DNA of 20,000 nt from assembly GCA_001724265.1 (NCBI GenBank), contig MEDY01000136.1, positions 46,258-66,257 of the forward strand. The letters are read 5' to 3'. This stretch comes from Rhizaria sp. SCN 62-66. Lineage: Eukaryota. Each line of letters opens with the position of its first letter. Position 1 is the first letter of the stretch. The translations under genes were made by a program, and so were the position numbers. This document shows positions 18,597 through 20,000 of this stretch, piece by piece. A model generated the notes under the pieces. The model worked only from the letters and a program-made list of their open reading frames with translations. It did no database searches and was not told the DNA's origin.

Positions 18597-20000
18597 TTAG
18601 ATGGCGTGCATGACGGCGGTGAACATCTCGGCGAAGCGCGCCAGTCCCTCGGGCCCGCAGTCGGCCTTGACGGTGGCGGCGACCGCGCCCGAGCCCTCCT
18701 GGATGTTGCACTCGACCAGGAACGTCGCGGGCGTGTCCGCCGCGGCCGCGGACGCCTCAGCGCTGCGCAGCGCAACGTCAACGGCCGCGGCGCCCGCGTC
18801 GGCGGCGGCGTAGAAGAACACCTTGACCCAGCCGGGCTCGGGCGAGCCCGACGCGAGCGCGTAGACGCGGTGCGCGGCCGCGCCCGCCTCGGCGGCCGAC
18901 ACGTCGCCGGCCACCGCCGAGCCCGGCGGCAGCGAGAAGGACAACGCGCGCTCCTGCGGGCCCTCGAGCGCGGCCCAGAGCGACTGGAACAGGGCGGGGT
19001 CCATCGGCGGCGCCTCGGCCAGCGCCACCGCGGCCAGTCCGCCGTGGCCGCCGCTGCCGCCGCTGCTGCTGCTGCTGCTGCTGGCGGGAGCGGCGGAGGC
19101 CGTGTAGGCGGGCAGCGCAAAGGCACCAAAGGCCGCGGGTGCGTAGTCGCCCGTGGGGCCCGTGACGGCGGCGGCGGCAGCGGCCACGTCACCCTCGGCC
19201 ACGCCCAGCAGGTCGTGCTGGCCGCCGGCGTGCGCGCCGTGGCCGCCCGCGGGCTCAGTCTCGGCCGCGGCGGCCGCGGCGGCCGCGGCGGCCGCGGCGG
19301 CCTGCTGCTCGGCGACGAGGCGTTGGTCCGACTGGTCCTGCTGCTCGCGCTGCAGCGCGGCCTCCTCCTCGGCGGGGCTCAACGCTGCGGCGTAGGCGGG
19401 GAAGCGCGCGCTGGGCAGGCCGTAGACGACCGAGAGTGTGTTGAACTCGCTCAGCATCGCCGCCGACAGGCGCTCCAGCTCCGGCTCCACGAACCCGCCT
19501 GCGGCGGCGATGGCGCTCTCGTCTTCATCGTCGTCGTCGCCGCCGCCGGCGCCCTGGCGGCCGCCCAGAGGCGCGCCGCGGATAACGCGTGCGGCCTCGG
19601 CCGGGTTGGCGGCCAGCAGGCGGTAGTAGAGCAGGCCGCGCTCGCGCACGCCCGCGTCGGGCGCGGCGCCGCTCGCCGCGTCGGCGCCGCCCGCGCCCGG
19701 CACGCCCGAGAGCCGGCCCGTGACGGCCAGGGCCAGCGCGCGGCCCAGCACGGGCTGCAGCTCGGCGGGGCGCGCGAAGAAGAGCTTAGCGGCCGCGGCC
19801 AGCGTCTCGAGGCGCACGCCCGCGTCGGCGCCGAAGCACACCATGCGGGCGCCCGCGGCAGCCGAGGCGAGCACCATGCCCGAGCCGGAGCCGGGGCCCG
19901 CGGCGGCGCCGGAGCTCGCGCCGGAGCCGGCGCCGGCGGCCGAGACGGGGCCGGCGCCCGCGCCCGCGCCCGCGCCCGCCGCGCCGCCCTCGGCCAGCAG
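18597..20000 (-). CDS. AP4B1: Adaptor complex beta subunit, 3' part, most like AP-4 beta (trunk end, hinge, appendage platform); 5' end outside window
   Basis: Frame open to base 20000. AAAKLFFARPAELQPVLG, VRERGLLYYRLL and EFNTLSVVYG match beta-adaptin trunk motifs of AP-4 type; short C-terminal platform MDPALFQSLW..FLVE..ATVKAD. Ends TAA. Confidence 0.82.
   Translation of the reverse strand: MLAEGGAAGAGAGAGAGPVSAAGAGSGASSGAAAGPGSGSGMVLASAAAGARMVCFGADAGVRLETLAAAAKLFFARPAELQPVLGRALALAVTGRLSGVPGAGGADAASGAAPDAGVRERGLLYYRLLAANPAEAARVIRGAPLGGRQGAGGGDDDDEDESAIAAAGGFVEPELERLSAAMLSEFNTLSVVYGLPSARFPAYAAALSPAEEEAALQREQQDQSDQRLVAEQQAAAAAAAAAAAAAETEPAGGHGAHAGGQHDLLGVAEGDVAAAAAAVTGPTGDYAPAAFGAFALPAYTASAAPASSSSSSSGGSGGHGGLAAVALAEAPPMDPALFQSLWAALEGPQERALSFSLPPGSAVAGDVSAAEAGAAAHRVYALASGSPEPGWVKVFFYAAADAGAAAVDVALRSAEASAAAADTPATFLVECNIQEGSGAVAATVKADCGPEGLARFAEMFTAVMHAI
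19262..19302 (-). repeat. (GCCGCC/GCG)n coding microsatellite giving a long poly-Ala run
   Basis: Repeated gcggcggcc units; translates as QQAAAAAAAAAAAAAETE. Confidence 0.8.

Noticed and set aside
1-20000. CRISPR arrays, transposases, tRNA/rRNA genes, prokaryotic operon or defence system
   Set aside because: No spaced direct repeats, terminal repeats, transposase/RT motifs or recognisable tRNA/rRNA; content is spliced eukaryotic nuclear genes.

Overview
Gene-dense nuclear DNA from a flagellated eukaryote (protist; taxon not determinable here), with very GC-rich exons and short AT/pyrimidine-rich introns and spacers. Seven protein-coding genes can be reconstructed: (1) a 5'-truncated PX-domain + permuted papain-like (NlpC/P60, YiiX/YaeF-type) protein, (2) coatomer beta-COP, (3) outer dynein arm docking complex subunit ODA1/DC2 (CCDC114/CCDC63 family), (4) nucleolar GTPase NOG1, (5) a GYxGH-repeat protein resembling ciliary microtubule inner proteins, (6) centrin, (7) the 3' part of a beta-adaptin, most like AP-4 beta. 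Main oddities: a single in-frame TAG at 3365-3367 in gene 1 followed by 311 more coding-like codons, with none of the other six genes ending in TAG (possible UAG reassignment or readthrough, or a sequence error); an invariant GTACGT donor in all 7 introns; acceptor-like sites just before all 5 visible start codons with no GTACGT donor upstream (possible spliced-leader trans-splicing); and two hairpin-rich intergenic islands that may be ncRNAs. Family assignments come from motif recognition, not database searches.
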